Numbered from the stretch's first letter, positions 1 to 9,516 are shown. The stretch: 64,000 nt of DNA from an uncultured Acidimicrobiia bacterium (GCA_963786955.1 CAWBAT010000008.1:448001-512000); one strand, 5' to 3'. The notes: generated from the sequence alone by a model not told the origin. A program made the numbers and translations.

Positions 1-528
1 GTCCGGCCGCAATACTTCATCCCCATTCATGGCGAGTATCGTCAACTCTTCCGCCACGCCGAAATCGCGCAATCGATCAATGCCGTGAGCAAGAAAGTGA
101 TCATCGCTGAAACGGGCGACCGGATCCAAATCAGCTCGCATGGAGCCCGACTCGCCGGGAAAGTTCCTGTTGGAAGAATCTTTATCGACGAAGGCAGTTT
201 GGATGAAGTGGAAGATGTGGTCGTGCGGGACCGCCGCCACCTGGCTGAAGATGGCATCGTTCTGCCGATTTTGGCGATTCATCGATCGACTGGAAAGCTT
301 GAAGGCCAGCCTGAAATCATCACCCGAGGTTTCGTCGTGATGGATGATGCCGATCCGTTATTAGAAGAGTCTCGCCAACGCGTGTTAAAAACTTTGGAAG
401 AATCCACTTTTGAAGAGCGAACCGATTGGGCCGTGATCAAAGAGAAGATCCGGACCGACCTGCGGCGTTTCCTTTTCAAACAAACCTCCAAACGCCCCTT
501 GGTTCTCCCGGTAATATTGGAGATTTAG
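1..528 (+). CDS. rnj: Ribonuclease J, C-terminal part (5' truncated by window edge)
   Basis: Frame 1 from base 1 reads VRPQYFIPIHGEYRQLFRHA...VPVGRIFIDEG...RDRRHLAEDG...PEIITRGFV...KRPLVLPVILEI, typical of the RNase J C-terminus. Confidence 0.93.
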   Translation, partial: VRPQYFIPIHGEYRQLFRHAEIAQSINAVSKKVIIAETGDRIQISSHGARLAGKVPVGRIFIDEGSLDEVEDVVVRDRRHLAEDGIVLPILAIHRSTGKLEGQPEIITRGFVVMDDADPLLEESRQRVLKTLEESTFEERTDWAVIKEKIRTDLRRFLFKQTSKRPLVLPVILEI

Positions 529-533
529 CGTGT

Positions 534-977
534 GTAGCGACAGGCGTCCACGCCTGTCGGCGCCGTGTGGCAAAGCGCTGGTGCCGGAGCCGTTGCCCCC
601 GAGCGGACAGGGAATTTGTGAAGTAATTCAATTTTGGTTCCCCTCCTTGCTAAGTACTGCTATTCGTAATTACGGTGACGTTTCTGAGGTATGGCGCCGC
701 GTGGGGTCACGCGGCCTACAAAGTTGTAGGCCGGGTCACCGACCCGGCGTTAACGTCACCGTATTTATGAAATGCAGTACTAAGGAGGGGGGCGAGGGGG
801 TGGCCGTTCTGGTGGGGCGCGCACGCCCTGCCCGCCGAACTAACGGCCTGAAAGGCCTCTTCATACCGTAGCCGAGGGCAACGCCCTCGGTTACGATTCC
901 AAAATGTCCGTTGCCCTGTAAGGGCAACACAAACTGGTGCACCGAATCTCTAGGGCTGTCTCAGCGAGACAGCCGTA
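534..977. repeat. Cluster of REP-like palindromes of several families
   Basis: GTAG-led hairpins GTAGCGACAGGCGTCCACGCCTGTCG (534-559) and GTAGCCGAGGGCAACGCCCTCGGTTAC (868-894); GGCCTGAAAGGCC and GCCCTGTAAGGGC hairpins; TAGGGCTGTCTCAGCGAGACAGCC (~950-974). Confidence 0.7.
655..779. mobile_element. 125-bp MITE-like element with imperfect 28-bp TIRs and a CTAAG target duplication
   Basis: Left end TACTGCTATTCGTAATTACGGTGACGTT; reverse complement of the right end TACTGCATTTCATAAATACGGTGACGTT; CTAAG at 650-654 and 780-784. Confidence 0.75.
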
Positions 978-1059
978 CCAATTGACTCTTTGATCATGTG
1001 TGACAACTTCAGGCCTAAACGCATAGGTCCGCCCCTGACGACCTCTTAACCAACTTCTC

Positions 1060-1887
1060 ATGAATGCCATTCAAGCCATTATCCTCGGCGCGGTGCAAGG
1101 GTTTACGGAATTTCTCCCTATTAGTAGTTCGGCTCATTTGATTTTGGTTCCCTGGATTATGGGTTGGGAGGACCAGGGCCTGACGTTTGATGTGGTTCTT
1201 CATGCCGGAACACTCCTGGCCATTCTTACCTACTTCTGGAAAGACTGGTACGGCATGCTTCGAGGGATTCTGAACTGGAAAAGCAATACCGAGGTTGAAG
1301 GAAACGCTGTTGAATCAAGACTTTTTTTATATGTGGTTTGTGCCACCATCCCGGCAGCCCTAGCGGGGTTCTTGGCCGAAAAGACAGTGGAGACAACCCT
1401 CAGGAGTCCCTTTGTCCTTTCCTTTACGATGATTGGAGTGGCGGTTCTTTTGTGGGTAGCTGAAAAGACTGCCAAACTCAAGAAAGGGCTTTCTGAACTG
1501 ACGCTGCCAGATGCACTCAGCATTGGTACGGCCCAGGCTCTTGCCCTGATCCCGGGAACATCCCGATCCGGAATCACGATTACCACCGGGCTTTTTCTCG
1601 GCTTCACCCGGGAAACAGCGGCCCGCTTTTCCTTTCTGTTATCCGCCCCAATCATCGCCGGAGCCGGCCTGAAGAAAGCGCTGGAACTCCGGCACGAAGG
1701 CATCCCCCACACGCATTTGTTCCCCATACTGCTGGGTTTTCTCTCCTCTCTGGTTGTGGGATACTTGACCATCCGGTTCCTGATGAGTTATCTTCAAAAA
1801 AATTCATTGTTCATCTTTATCTGCTACCGTATTCTGCTAGGGATGGTGATTTTGTTTTTGATCCATTTCGCAGGGTTCCGCCCATGA
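1060..1887 (+). CDS. uppP: Undecaprenyl-diphosphatase (BacA/UppP)
   Basis: QGFTEFLPISSSAH and PGTSRSGIT motifs; multi-pass membrane protein. Confidence 0.97.
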   Translation: MNAIQAIILGAVQGFTEFLPISSSAHLILVPWIMGWEDQGLTFDVVLHAGTLLAILTYFWKDWYGMLRGILNWKSNTEVEGNAVESRLFLYVVCATIPAALAGFLAEKTVETTLRSPFVLSFTMIGVAVLLWVAEKTAKLKKGLSELTLPDALSIGTAQALALIPGTSRSGITITTGLFLGFTRETAARFSFLLSAPIIAGAGLKKALELRHEGIPHTHLFPILLGFLSSLVVGYLTIRFLMSYLQKNSLFIFICYRILLGMVILFLIHFAGFRP

Positions 1888-4196
1888 GCCTTCTGGTGCC
1901 CTCAAAACATCCACGCATCAATGAAGCCGTCGGTATTGTGTTTTTCACGTTGACGTTTCTGATCTTTCTGAGCCTGATCTCCTATCACCCGTCTGACCCT
2001 TCGCTCAACAGTTCGCGAAACCTGTTAACCGATCATAATGTGGGGAATCTCATTGGACGGTTCGGTTCGACGCTCTCCGATTTGTTGCTCCAGTTGCTGG
2101 GTTACCCTTCTTTCCTGCTGCCGGTGATGTTTTCGATTCTCGGCTGGAGATGGCTGAAATCGCAGCCCATCGAAATCCCGTGGATCAAGGCCTTAGGCTT
2201 GGTCGGGCTGCTGGCTTCCACTTGTGCTCTGGCCGGACTTCTTTTCCCCAATTATCTCAGCATCGGCTGGTCTCTCAAGGCCGGAGGGCTATGGGGCGAC
2301 CTGCTCGGGGATTGGTTGAAGTCCCGGTTTAATTTGGCCGGTTCGTTGATTCTGACCGTGTCCGTCCTTCTGATTTCGCTCTTTGTTTCGACGCGATTCT
2401 CGTTCTCTGCCCTAGTTGCCTGGTTCAAGAATCATAGTGGATTTATCATGGAGTGGCGTGACCGTTGGGTTCTTAATCGTAAGGTCAGGGCCAAGGAAAA
2501 AGAACGAGTCCGGCTTGAAAAGGCAATGTTAGCGGAGGCGAAGGCCCGGGAAACTGCCAAGACAGTGATCAAACAATCCGTGACAGAGCTCAAAGAGCAG
2601 GGGGAAGCCTCCGCCAGGCGGATTCCCAAAGAGCCCTCTCCACGAAACATGGATTTTGCCGATGCCGAGCCGGTAATTCATTCGAAACGGGCTCCCATCG
2701 AGAAGGCCCATTTTATCCCGACCGGGACCAAGGATTTTGTTTTTCCCCGCATCACTTCGTTACATCCCTCGGAAGGTCAACAGATCGTCAATGAAAAAGA
2801 ACTGCGGCAGCGGGCGATCCAGTTGACGGAAAAATGCAAAGAGTTCGATGTCCACGGTCAGGTGATGCAGATTCACCCAGGCCCCGTCGTCACGACTTAT
2901 GAATTCAAGCCCGAGCCAGGCGTGAAATACAGCCGGATCACGAATTTGGTAGATGACCTTTGTCTCGCGTTGAAAGCCGAATCGGTTCGCATCGACCGGC
3001 TGCCCGGGAAATCTACGGTAGGCGTCGAAGTACCGAATTCTTTTCGCGAGACAATTTATCTTCGCGAGATCATCGAATCGGTCGAATTTCAGAACTCCCC
3101 ATCCAAGTTGACCATTGCCTTAGGGAAAGACATTGCAGGCAAAATCACGGTTGCCGACCTGACCAAGATGCCGCACTTGCTGATTGCAGGGCAAACTGGA
3201 TCCGGCAAGAGCGTTGCCGTCAATGCCATGATTCTTTCCATTCTGTATAAGGCAACACCGGACGAAGTAAAATTTATCCTGGTGGACCCGAAACGTCTCG
3301 AATTGGGCCTGTATGAAGACATTCCCCATTTGCTCACCCCGGTGGTCACGGAGCCCAAGCGCGCCTCGAACGCGCTGAAATGGGCAACCAATGAAATGGA
3401 GAATCGCTATAAGCTTCTAGCGACGGTGGGTGTCAGAAACATCGAACAATACAATGCACTGGTCAGTAAGCCCAAAACCCTGGAGCTCTTTCCGGTAGAG
3501 GAGATCGAAAGAAAGCCACTCCCGTTCATTGTCATTGTCATCGACGAATTGGCTGACCTGATGATGGTGGCCTCAAAAGACGTCGAAGACTCGGTGATGC
3601 GCTTGGCGCAGATGGCCAGGGCTGTGGGGATCCATTTGATTGTCGCGACTCAACGGCCTTCGGTGGATATCCTGACGGGTGTCATCAAGGCGAATTTTCC
3701 GTGCCGCATCTCGTTCCGTGTGGCCCAGAAGGTGGACTCTCGTACAATCTTGGATCAAATGGGGGCCCAGCAGTTATTGGGGAAAGGCGACATGCTTTTC
3801 ATTCCACCGGGTTCGTCCAAAATGGTGCGAGTGCATGCTCCCTTTGTGAGTGAAGATGAAACCAGCGAGATTGTGAAGCATCTTAAGGCTCAGTGCCAAC
3901 CCGTCTACAACCAGAAGGTGCTGGAAGACACCGGAGAGAAGGACAAGCAGCTCGCCGAGGTTGACGCTGAGGTGGACGAGATGTATGAAGAGGCCGTGCG
4001 TATTGTGGTCGAGATGGGGAAAGGCTCAACCTCCATCCTCCAGCGGCGGTTGCGACTCGGTTATGGTCGCGCTGCTCGCCTCATCGATATGATGGAACGC
4101 GACGGCATCGTCGGCCCCGCAGATGGCAGCAAACCGCGCGAAATTCTCAAACGGCGTGATTTCTTTAAGGAAATTGACGAAGAGCGGGGAGCGTAG
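1884..4196 (+). CDS. ftsK: DNA translocase FtsK/SpoIIIE
   Basis: N-terminal TM domain, MPHLLIAGQTGSGKS Walker A, IVIDELADLM, ATQRPSVD, and gamma domain LQRRLRLGYGRAARLID. Confidence 0.97.
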   Translation: MSLLVPSKHPRINEAVGIVFFTLTFLIFLSLISYHPSDPSLNSSRNLLTDHNVGNLIGRFGSTLSDLLLQLLGYPSFLLPVMFSILGWRWLKSQPIEIPWIKALGLVGLLASTCALAGLLFPNYLSIGWSLKAGGLWGDLLGDWLKSRFNLAGSLILTVSVLLISLFVSTRFSFSALVAWFKNHSGFIMEWRDRWVLNRKVRAKEKERVRLEKAMLAEAKARETAKTVIKQSVTELKEQGEASARRIPKEPSPRNMDFADAEPVIHSKRAPIEKAHFIPTGTKDFVFPRITSLHPSEGQQIVNEKELRQRAIQLTEKCKEFDVHGQVMQIHPGPVVTTYEFKPEPGVKYSRITNLVDDLCLALKAESVRIDRLPGKSTVGVEVPNSFRETIYLREIIESVEFQNSPSKLTIALGKDIAGKITVADLTKMPHLLIAGQTGSGKSVAVNAMILSILYKATPDEVKFILVDPKRLELGLYEDIPHLLTPVVTEPKRASNALKWATNEMENRYKLLATVGVRNIEQYNALVSKPKTLELFPVEEIERKPLPFIVIVIDELADLMMVASKDVEDSVMRLAQMARAVGIHLIVATQRPSVDILTGVIKANFPCRISFRVAQKVDSRTILDQMGAQQLLGKGDMLFIPPGSSKMVRVHAPFVSEDETSEIVKHLKAQCQPVYNQKVLEDTGEKDKQLAEVDAEVDEMYEEAVRIVVEMGKGSTSILQRRLRLGYGRAARLIDMMERDGIVGPADGSKPREILKRRDFFKEIDEERGA

Positions 4197-4204
4197 AAAA
4201 AATT

Positions 4205-4385
4205 GTCCACGGTCTAAGGTCAAAAGCAAATCTCTTATGTCCAAAGTCGAAGGTCTAGGGTCCAACGTCCAGGGTCGAATAAAAGGTCAAAAGTCGAAGG
4301 TCAGAATTAGAAGTCTAAGGTCTAAGGTCGAAGGTCGGAACTAAAAAATCCAAGGTCGAAGGTCGAGAGCCTAGAGTCCAGGAAA
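4205..4385 (+). repeat. Degenerate 7-bp tandem array (GTCNAAG-like), about 20 units
   Basis: gtctaag gtcaaaa ... gtccaaa gtcgaag gtctagg gtccaac gtccagg ... gtctaag gtctaag gtcgaag gtcggaa. Confidence 0.9.
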
Positions 4386-4412
4386 TAGAGGTTCCAGATT
4401 GAGGACTGAAGC

Positions 4413-4811
4413 ATGGCCGGGATTGAGAAATTTGAAGATATCGAGGCTTGGCAAGAGGCAAGAAACCTGACTCAAACGATTTACGCATTATCTTCAAATG
4501 GCAATTTCTCTAAAGATTTTGCGCTCAAGGATCAGGTCCGGAGAGCTGCAGTTTCCATCATGTCCAATATTGCTGAGGGATTTGAGCGAAGGGGAGACAG
4601 AGAGTTTCATCACTTCTTGTCCATAGCCAAGGCATCAAGCGGGGAATTACGCTCCCAACTTTATGTTGCCTTGGATCAACATTACATGGACCTGCAGCAG
4701 TTCACTACACTTTCAAACCAGGTAACTCACATTAGCTGCCTCATTGCAGGATTCATGAAGTACCTTGAACAATCAATCGAGAATAGGAACAAGAAGAGCC
4801 CTGGTCTATGA
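4413..4811 (+). CDS. Four helix bundle protein (23S rRNA IVP / bAvd-like family)
   Basis: FEDIEAWQEAR, LKDQVRRAAVSIMSNIAEGFER and FLSIAKASSGELRSQL motifs. Confidence 0.93.
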   Translation: MAGIEKFEDIEAWQEARNLTQTIYALSSNGNFSKDFALKDQVRRAAVSIMSNIAEGFERRGDREFHHFLSIAKASSGELRSQLYVALDQHYMDLQQFTTLSNQVTHISCLIAGFMKYLEQSIENRNKKSPGL

Positions 4812-4823
4812 ATCTACATTGGG

Positions 4824-4874
4824 CTTTAGACCTTTGACGTTTGACCTTAGACTTTTGACCTTCGACCCGGGACC
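4824..4874 (-). repeat. Inverted copy of the 7-bp array downstream of the four-helix gene
   Basis: Reverse complement reads gtcccgg gtcgaag gtcaaaa gtctaag gtcaaac gtcaaag gtctaaa. Confidence 0.85.
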
Positions 4875-5204
4875 TTATTTGTCTTCAGTCTTGACGTTTT
4901 CCTCAATCCAATTCAAATAATTAGCAGAACCAGCGACGATCGGAAGCGCAATGATTTCCGGCACGGCATAAGAATGCAAGCGCTCCACCTCCTTCTGAAG
5001 TTCCGGGAACTTCTCGCGTGAAGTTTTCATGATAAGCAAGACTTCTTGATCTTCAGTCACTTTCCCTTCCCACCAATACCAGGAAGTAATGGAGGGTACA
5101 AGATTCACGCAAGCCGCAAATTTCTTCTCTACGAGGTCCTTGGCTAATTTTGCTGCCTCTGCGGAGTCCCCAACTGTCACCATCACGACGATCTTGTCAG
5201 TCAT
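4875..5204 (-). CDS. cutA: Divalent-cation tolerance protein CutA
   Basis: LVEKKFAACVN, SWYWWEGK and LHSYAVPEIIALPI motifs. Confidence 0.95.
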   Translation of the reverse strand: MTDKIVVMVTVGDSAEAAKLAKDLVEKKFAACVNLVPSITSWYWWEGKVTEDQEVLLIMKTSREKFPELQKEVERLHSYAVPEIIALPIVAGSANYLNWIEENVKTEDK

Positions 5205-5554
5205 TCAGCCCTCCAGCACAGCACCGTATTTAAAGAGGTCCGTGTGAATAATTGTTTCTCATTATAACGATTTTGAGCTAGACTACCGCTACATTTCGGA
5301 ATGGAGAAGCCAACCCCTGAAAACTCCTATGCAGTTGGGGTTTCCGGCGGGTTGATCATAGACAAAGACAGGCAAATTGGATGGCGTCCTTAGACATTTC
5401 GAGATGAATATCCAGGTTCCCCGAAACCAAGAAGTTTTAAGAAGCTCTCCTGACACGGGAGACAACGCATAGAATAGCAGGGCACTGCACATTTCATATT
5501 TTATAGGCGGCCAGCCCCTTGCGGCGTTGCGAGAAAACGAAAGTTATGTTTACC

Positions 5555-5714
5555 GGTTGCCCCTGAAAGGGGCGGAACAAGAATAGCCCAGGGCAGAGCG
5601 AGTGGCGCCAGCCACAAGCGGCGCCCTGGGTAAGAATGCGTTACATCAAAACCCCTCTCCCCCGCGTGGGGTGAAGGAGAGGGATTGGGTGAGGGGGTAG
5701 TTGATGTGATTCGC
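5555..5714. repeat. Palindromic REP/MITE-like elements
   Basis: GCCCCTGAAAGGGGC...AGCCCAGGGC...GCCCTGGG (same family as 845-926) and CATCAA-ACCCCTCTCCCC...GAGGGGGT-TTGATG hairpin. Confidence 0.6.
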
Positions 5715-5724
5715 GTCGGGTTTC

Positions 5725-6090
5725 ATGAAACCACCGAAAAAAACCCTAGCTGATATGAAAAATTTCTCGCTCAGGCAGATTTTAATTCTTTTTATTGCTA
5801 TTCTCCTATTGCTGGCGGGTTATTCAGCGCTGTTTGGAGAATACGGTTTTGTCGCCATAAGAAAAGCGGAACGACACTCGCAGGAATACATCCAGCGAGT
5901 AGAGCAGTTGAAGAAAGAGAACCTGGAAATCAGAAACGAAATTCGCGCATTGAAAAAAGATCCGACAGCAATTGAAAAAATTGCTCGTGAAGAGCTGGGC
6001 CTCGTCAAAGAAGGAGAGATCAAAATGTCTCCTGCGAAACAGCATGAAGATCCTCCTAAAAGCCCTCCCACACAAGATTCCCACCCTTAA
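5725..6090 (+). CDS. ftsB: Septum formation initiator (FtsB/DivIC family)
   Basis: Single TM helix, FGEYG, coiled coil, IEKIAREELGLVKEGE; true start may be the downstream Met. Confidence 0.85.
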   Translation: MKPPKKTLADMKNFSLRQILILFIAILLLLAGYSALFGEYGFVAIRKAERHSQEYIQRVEQLKKENLEIRNEIRALKKDPTAIEKIAREELGLVKEGEIKMSPAKQHEDPPKSPPTQDSHP

Positions 6091-6114
6091 CAGAATCCAC
6101 GACTCCTCCTCAAT

Positions 6115-6232
6115 CTTGACTTCTAACCCTTGACTTTTTACCTTTGAACTTAGACCTCCAACATTCGGCCTTCGACTTTAGACTTTCGACCTCCGACTTT
6201 TGATTCCGACCTTCGACCTTAGACTTTTGAAT
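6115..6232 (-). repeat. Third 7-bp array (same family as 4205-4385, opposite strand)
   Basis: Reverse complement: gtctaag gtcgaag gtcggaa ... gtcggag gtcgaaa gtctaaa gtcgaag ...; 21-nt perfect complement of 4320-4340 at 6204-6224. Confidence 0.88.
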
Positions 6233-6236
6233 TGCC

Positions 6237-6266
6237 TTGACTCGAATCTCATCCAATCCATATAAT
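6237..6266 (+). promoter_or_regulatory. sigma70 promoter of the tRNA
   Basis: TTGACT-N18-TATAAT ending 14 nt upstream of the tRNA. Confidence 0.75.
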
Positions 6267-6280
6267 GCTCTTAGATCAGA

Positions 6281-6357
<77 letters not shown>

Positions 6358-6475
6358 AATTTCCTCAGCTCTTCAATCCTTCCAACCCTTTATTGCTCCG
6401 TACCTTATAGGCTAGTTCAGTCTTTCCGGCAAGTCCTCCTCTTGATCGTCATTTTCCTCATTTGCTAACAAACTG

Positions 6476-7613
6476 CTAACAATTGGTTTTTTCGCGGCCC
6501 TTTAACATCCGTTTTTCTAGCTTCGCGCAAGCTTCAGCTTTAGCCTGTGGGAATAAGTGTCCGTAAGTGTCGAATGTGATCTGAATGCTCGAATGTCCCA
6601 GTTGGTCAGAAACATATTTTGCACTTTCTCCCTGGGAAATCAACATCGATGCAAAGAAATGGCGGAGATCGTGGAATCGAGCAGTGCCCAATCCGGCGGC
6701 GCGCTTGATCGGCTTGAAAATGTGGTCGTCGAAGAAGTCTGGATCAATAAGATTTCCCTGACTACCACGGAAAATGAAACTGTCTGAGCTCTCCGCTGCC
6801 TGCTTCAACCGAGAGAGTAGCTGGATTACGTGATCGCTGAGCCCGACCCGTCGCGAAGATCTTTTTGATTTCGGAGGACCAATTTTCCAAAGCCATTTAT
6901 GAACCCCATCGGTCGCCGCGCACTTCGACAGCGCCTTATTGACGCGAAGCTCTTTTTGAAACCAGTCAATGTCCTCAAACCGTAAAGCCAGAATCTCCCC
7001 TCGACGCAGCCCAGTGAACGCATCCAGATAGATAATCCCATGGCCAATGTTCTTAAGCTCAGCGGCAGTGTCGATCAGTTTCCACACTTGGTCTACTGTG
7101 GGTGGAACAATTTGTTCATGGTTGATCAACGGAAGTTCTACACCCTCGACCGGATTGAAGTGAATGTAACCCTGTTTTCGCGCGCTGCTGCCTTTTGGGC
7201 TGAAACAGCATGACTCTCAGGAGGGTCACGGTATTTCGCAGCGTCTTGGTGGAAACATCCTTGGCGAGCTGAGCAACAAAACTTTGGACATTCTCCAGTC
7301 GAATTTGCTGCAACTTCATGGGACCAAAGAGTGGAATCAGATGCTTTCGAATAATCGACTCATAAGCCGATGAGGTCGAGCCACGGATGCTCAACCGGCT
7401 GGAGATGTAGCTCTCGGCAAACTCAGCAAATGTGACCGTCCTGGGCTCGACATAATCGCCCTTATTGATCTGAGTGAGTATCTCATTGAGCTGTGCGCGG
7501 GCGGATGCCTTGTTTGGAAAGCCCCCCAGCCACTTCTGCTTTCCCCCAGGAATTCGGTAGACAATGGTGTAAGAGCCACCTCGACAAATGATTGAACCAC
7601 TTTGCCTTCGCAT
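6476..7613 (-). pseudogene. Tyrosine recombinase/phage integrase split by a single-base frameshift near 7203-7205
   Basis: The N-terminal arm/core-binding ORF (7116-7613) joins in another frame to SPKGSSARKQGYIHFNPVEGVELP and then the catalytic domain GLRRGE, PPKS, HDLRH, LGH, DTY; lies next to the tRNA 3' end. Confidence 0.88.
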
Positions 7614-7629
7614 TGCTCAGTCCTTATGG

Positions 7630-8278
7630 GAGAGGGAGGCGACCACATGACCTGTTGCTCCCCGTGTTTCAGCGAGTTCAGCGCCTTGGTTGACCAAGCT
7701 CGGTATCGTAAGCGGATCGTTGTCGGAGGGATTTGTACCTTCCTGCTGATGACAATTGGGTTGGCAACGTGGCTTGGCCTCAGTCACTGGCGCTCGATCG
7801 TCGGGTGAGTCGATAACCCGTAAGCCCCCTTCAGCAGGGCAACCAGAGCAGAGAGGAAACCGCAACAAAAAATCCGTATGAGCCCAATCGTGAGGAGCAG
7901 CCGACCGAGATGGCTAGTCAGCAGCCTAAACCGAAAATCTATCAGGATGTGATTCTGGACGTAAGAGATCAAGCTGTGACGCGGGGTCAGAAAACATCCC
8001 CGCCTAAAGGGAAATATCCCGAGATCCCAAGGGGACACCTCAACCTGTCAATCTATTTGCCATTCGCAAGCGAACCTGGGGAATACCAGGTCAGAATCTA
8101 TAAAGATCCAAATAAACCCTTACTGGACACAACCGGTATGGCCACGATCCAAAAATCCATCACGATTCTCGAAATCAAAGTAAACGCCAGCTACTTCACA
8201 CCGGGTGAGTATGTACTAGAAACTCGCCGCAGCGGATGGACTTTGAGTTACAAATACACTTTCCTGGTCGCGGAGTAG
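7630..8278 (+). pseudogene. Remnant of a zinc anti-sigma-like membrane protein (HxxxCxxC, TM helix, extracytoplasmic domain)
   Basis: DHMTCCSPCFSEF followed by a hydrophobic helix, then a stop/frameshift, then ORF 7910-8278 (LSIYLPFASEPGEYQV). Confidence 0.5.
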
Positions 8279-8421
8279 GTAGCTAGACCTATTGTGAGAG
8301 GACCTCTACCTCCGGCTGACCGACCGAGGATTCTAGCAGCAGGCCTTGCCATCTTCGAAAGTTTCTTGCAAAGAAGTGCATGACTATATAGTATAATTGC
8401 TATATTAAGCTGGAGGTCTAG

Positions 8422-8784
8422 TTGCCGACAATAAAGCCGCTGCGCTGGGTGGCAAGTAGCAAGAAAGATCTGCTCGCTTTCCCAGAGGATGTACGTCAAG
8501 AAATCGGATATGCCCTGTACTTCGCCCAGGCGGGAGACAAGCACCCAGCAGCCAAACCTCTGAAAGGCTTTCATGGAGCTGGGGTTTTGGAAATCGTGGA
8601 GGACCAAAAGGGAGCCACGTATCGGGCCGTTTACACGGTGAAATTCGCGGCGGTGGTCTATGTTCTTCACGCCTTTCAAAAGAAATCGACGAAGGGAATT
8701 GCAACTCCGCAGCATGAAATCGAACTGATTAAGGATCGGCTGAAACTAGCTGAAGCTAATTACAAAAGGGGGCAAGAGTCATGA
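8422..8784 (+). CDS. Type II toxin, RelE/ParE (HigB/Gp49-like) family
   Basis: SSKKDLLAFPEDVRQEIGYAL, GVLEIVED, YRAVYTVKF, YVLHAFQKKS. Confidence 0.9.
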   Translation: MPTIKPLRWVASSKKDLLAFPEDVRQEIGYALYFAQAGDKHPAAKPLKGFHGAGVLEIVEDQKGATYRAVYTVKFAAVVYVLHAFQKKSTKGIATPQHEIELIKDRLKLAEANYKRGQES

Positions 8785-9101
8785 AACTAGTAACCGAAAG
8801 CAGTGGGAATGTATTTGAGGATTTGGGATTTGCCAACTCGAAAGAATTGTTGGCAAAAACCGAGCTGGCTCGCCAGGTCTACCTCATCATTAAGAAACGT
8901 GGTCTGACTCAAACGGCTGCAGCCGATCTGCTCGGATTGAAGCAGCCCGATGTCTCCTTGTTGATGCGTGGCCGTTTATCGAGGTTCTCTACCGACCGTT
9001 TGATCCAAATGCTAAATGTGCTGGATCGAGATGTGGAAATCGTGGTCAAACGCAAGTCCAGTTCCAAGCGGAAGGGGTCCGTGAGAGTTATCGCCGCATG
9101 A
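8781..9101 (+). CDS. XRE-family HTH antitoxin
   Basis: SSGNVFEDLG, LTQTAAADLLGLKQPDVS, FSTDRL; ATGA overlap with the toxin gene. Confidence 0.9.
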   Translation: MKLVTESSGNVFEDLGFANSKELLAKTELARQVYLIIKKRGLTQTAAADLLGLKQPDVSLLMRGRLSRFSTDRLIQMLNVLDRDVEIVVKRKSSSKRKGSVRVIAA

Positions 9102-9516
9102 TGTTGGAAGACTCTCTGTGCACCCGCTTTGACTTCTCGGCTTTGTCAGGTGGGCTACCGTTTTTCAATGAAATCTTCTTTCCATCGACATAGTGGAGGG
9201 CCGCACCTTGGCAAAGAGTCACACATAAGACCCTATCTGCGTATAATTTTGCAACCTTACGATTCCTAAGAAACAGATCCTCACGGTCAAGATGGGCGAT
9301 ATCCATAAACCTGCTGAGGTCTGAAATACTAATCGGTACGATGGATCGTTCAGGGGCTAGCATTGAAATTAGCTCTGCATATCCAATCTTGCTTCAATGT
9401 TATCCTTAAAATCCGCTGGCGTCGCCGAGTTATGATTAAGGTCATTGGTTCGGTAACTGCAAAATTAGGTTTGGAGTGCCACTCTTTTTGAGTCGTTCAA
9501 ATCCCTCACGCATATT

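Noticed and set aside
4205-4385. CRISPR array
   Set aside because: The units are 7-bp tandem repeats without spacers, and there are no cas genes in the window.
4123-4497. Short ORFs with KVEG/RPST-like repeats
   Set aside because: They are translations of the 7-bp array, with no coding evidence.
4413-4811. Diversity-generating retroelement (Avd-like gene, near-identical repeats elsewhere)
   Set aside because: No reverse transcriptase is present, and the differences between the duplicated genes are not adenine-specific.
7190-7210. Programmed frameshift in the integrase
   Set aside because: No convincing slippery heptamer; one extra base explains it, as with the other indels in the window.
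9088-9363. 91-aa minus-strand ORF
   Set aside because: No recognisable motif; it may be a fragment.
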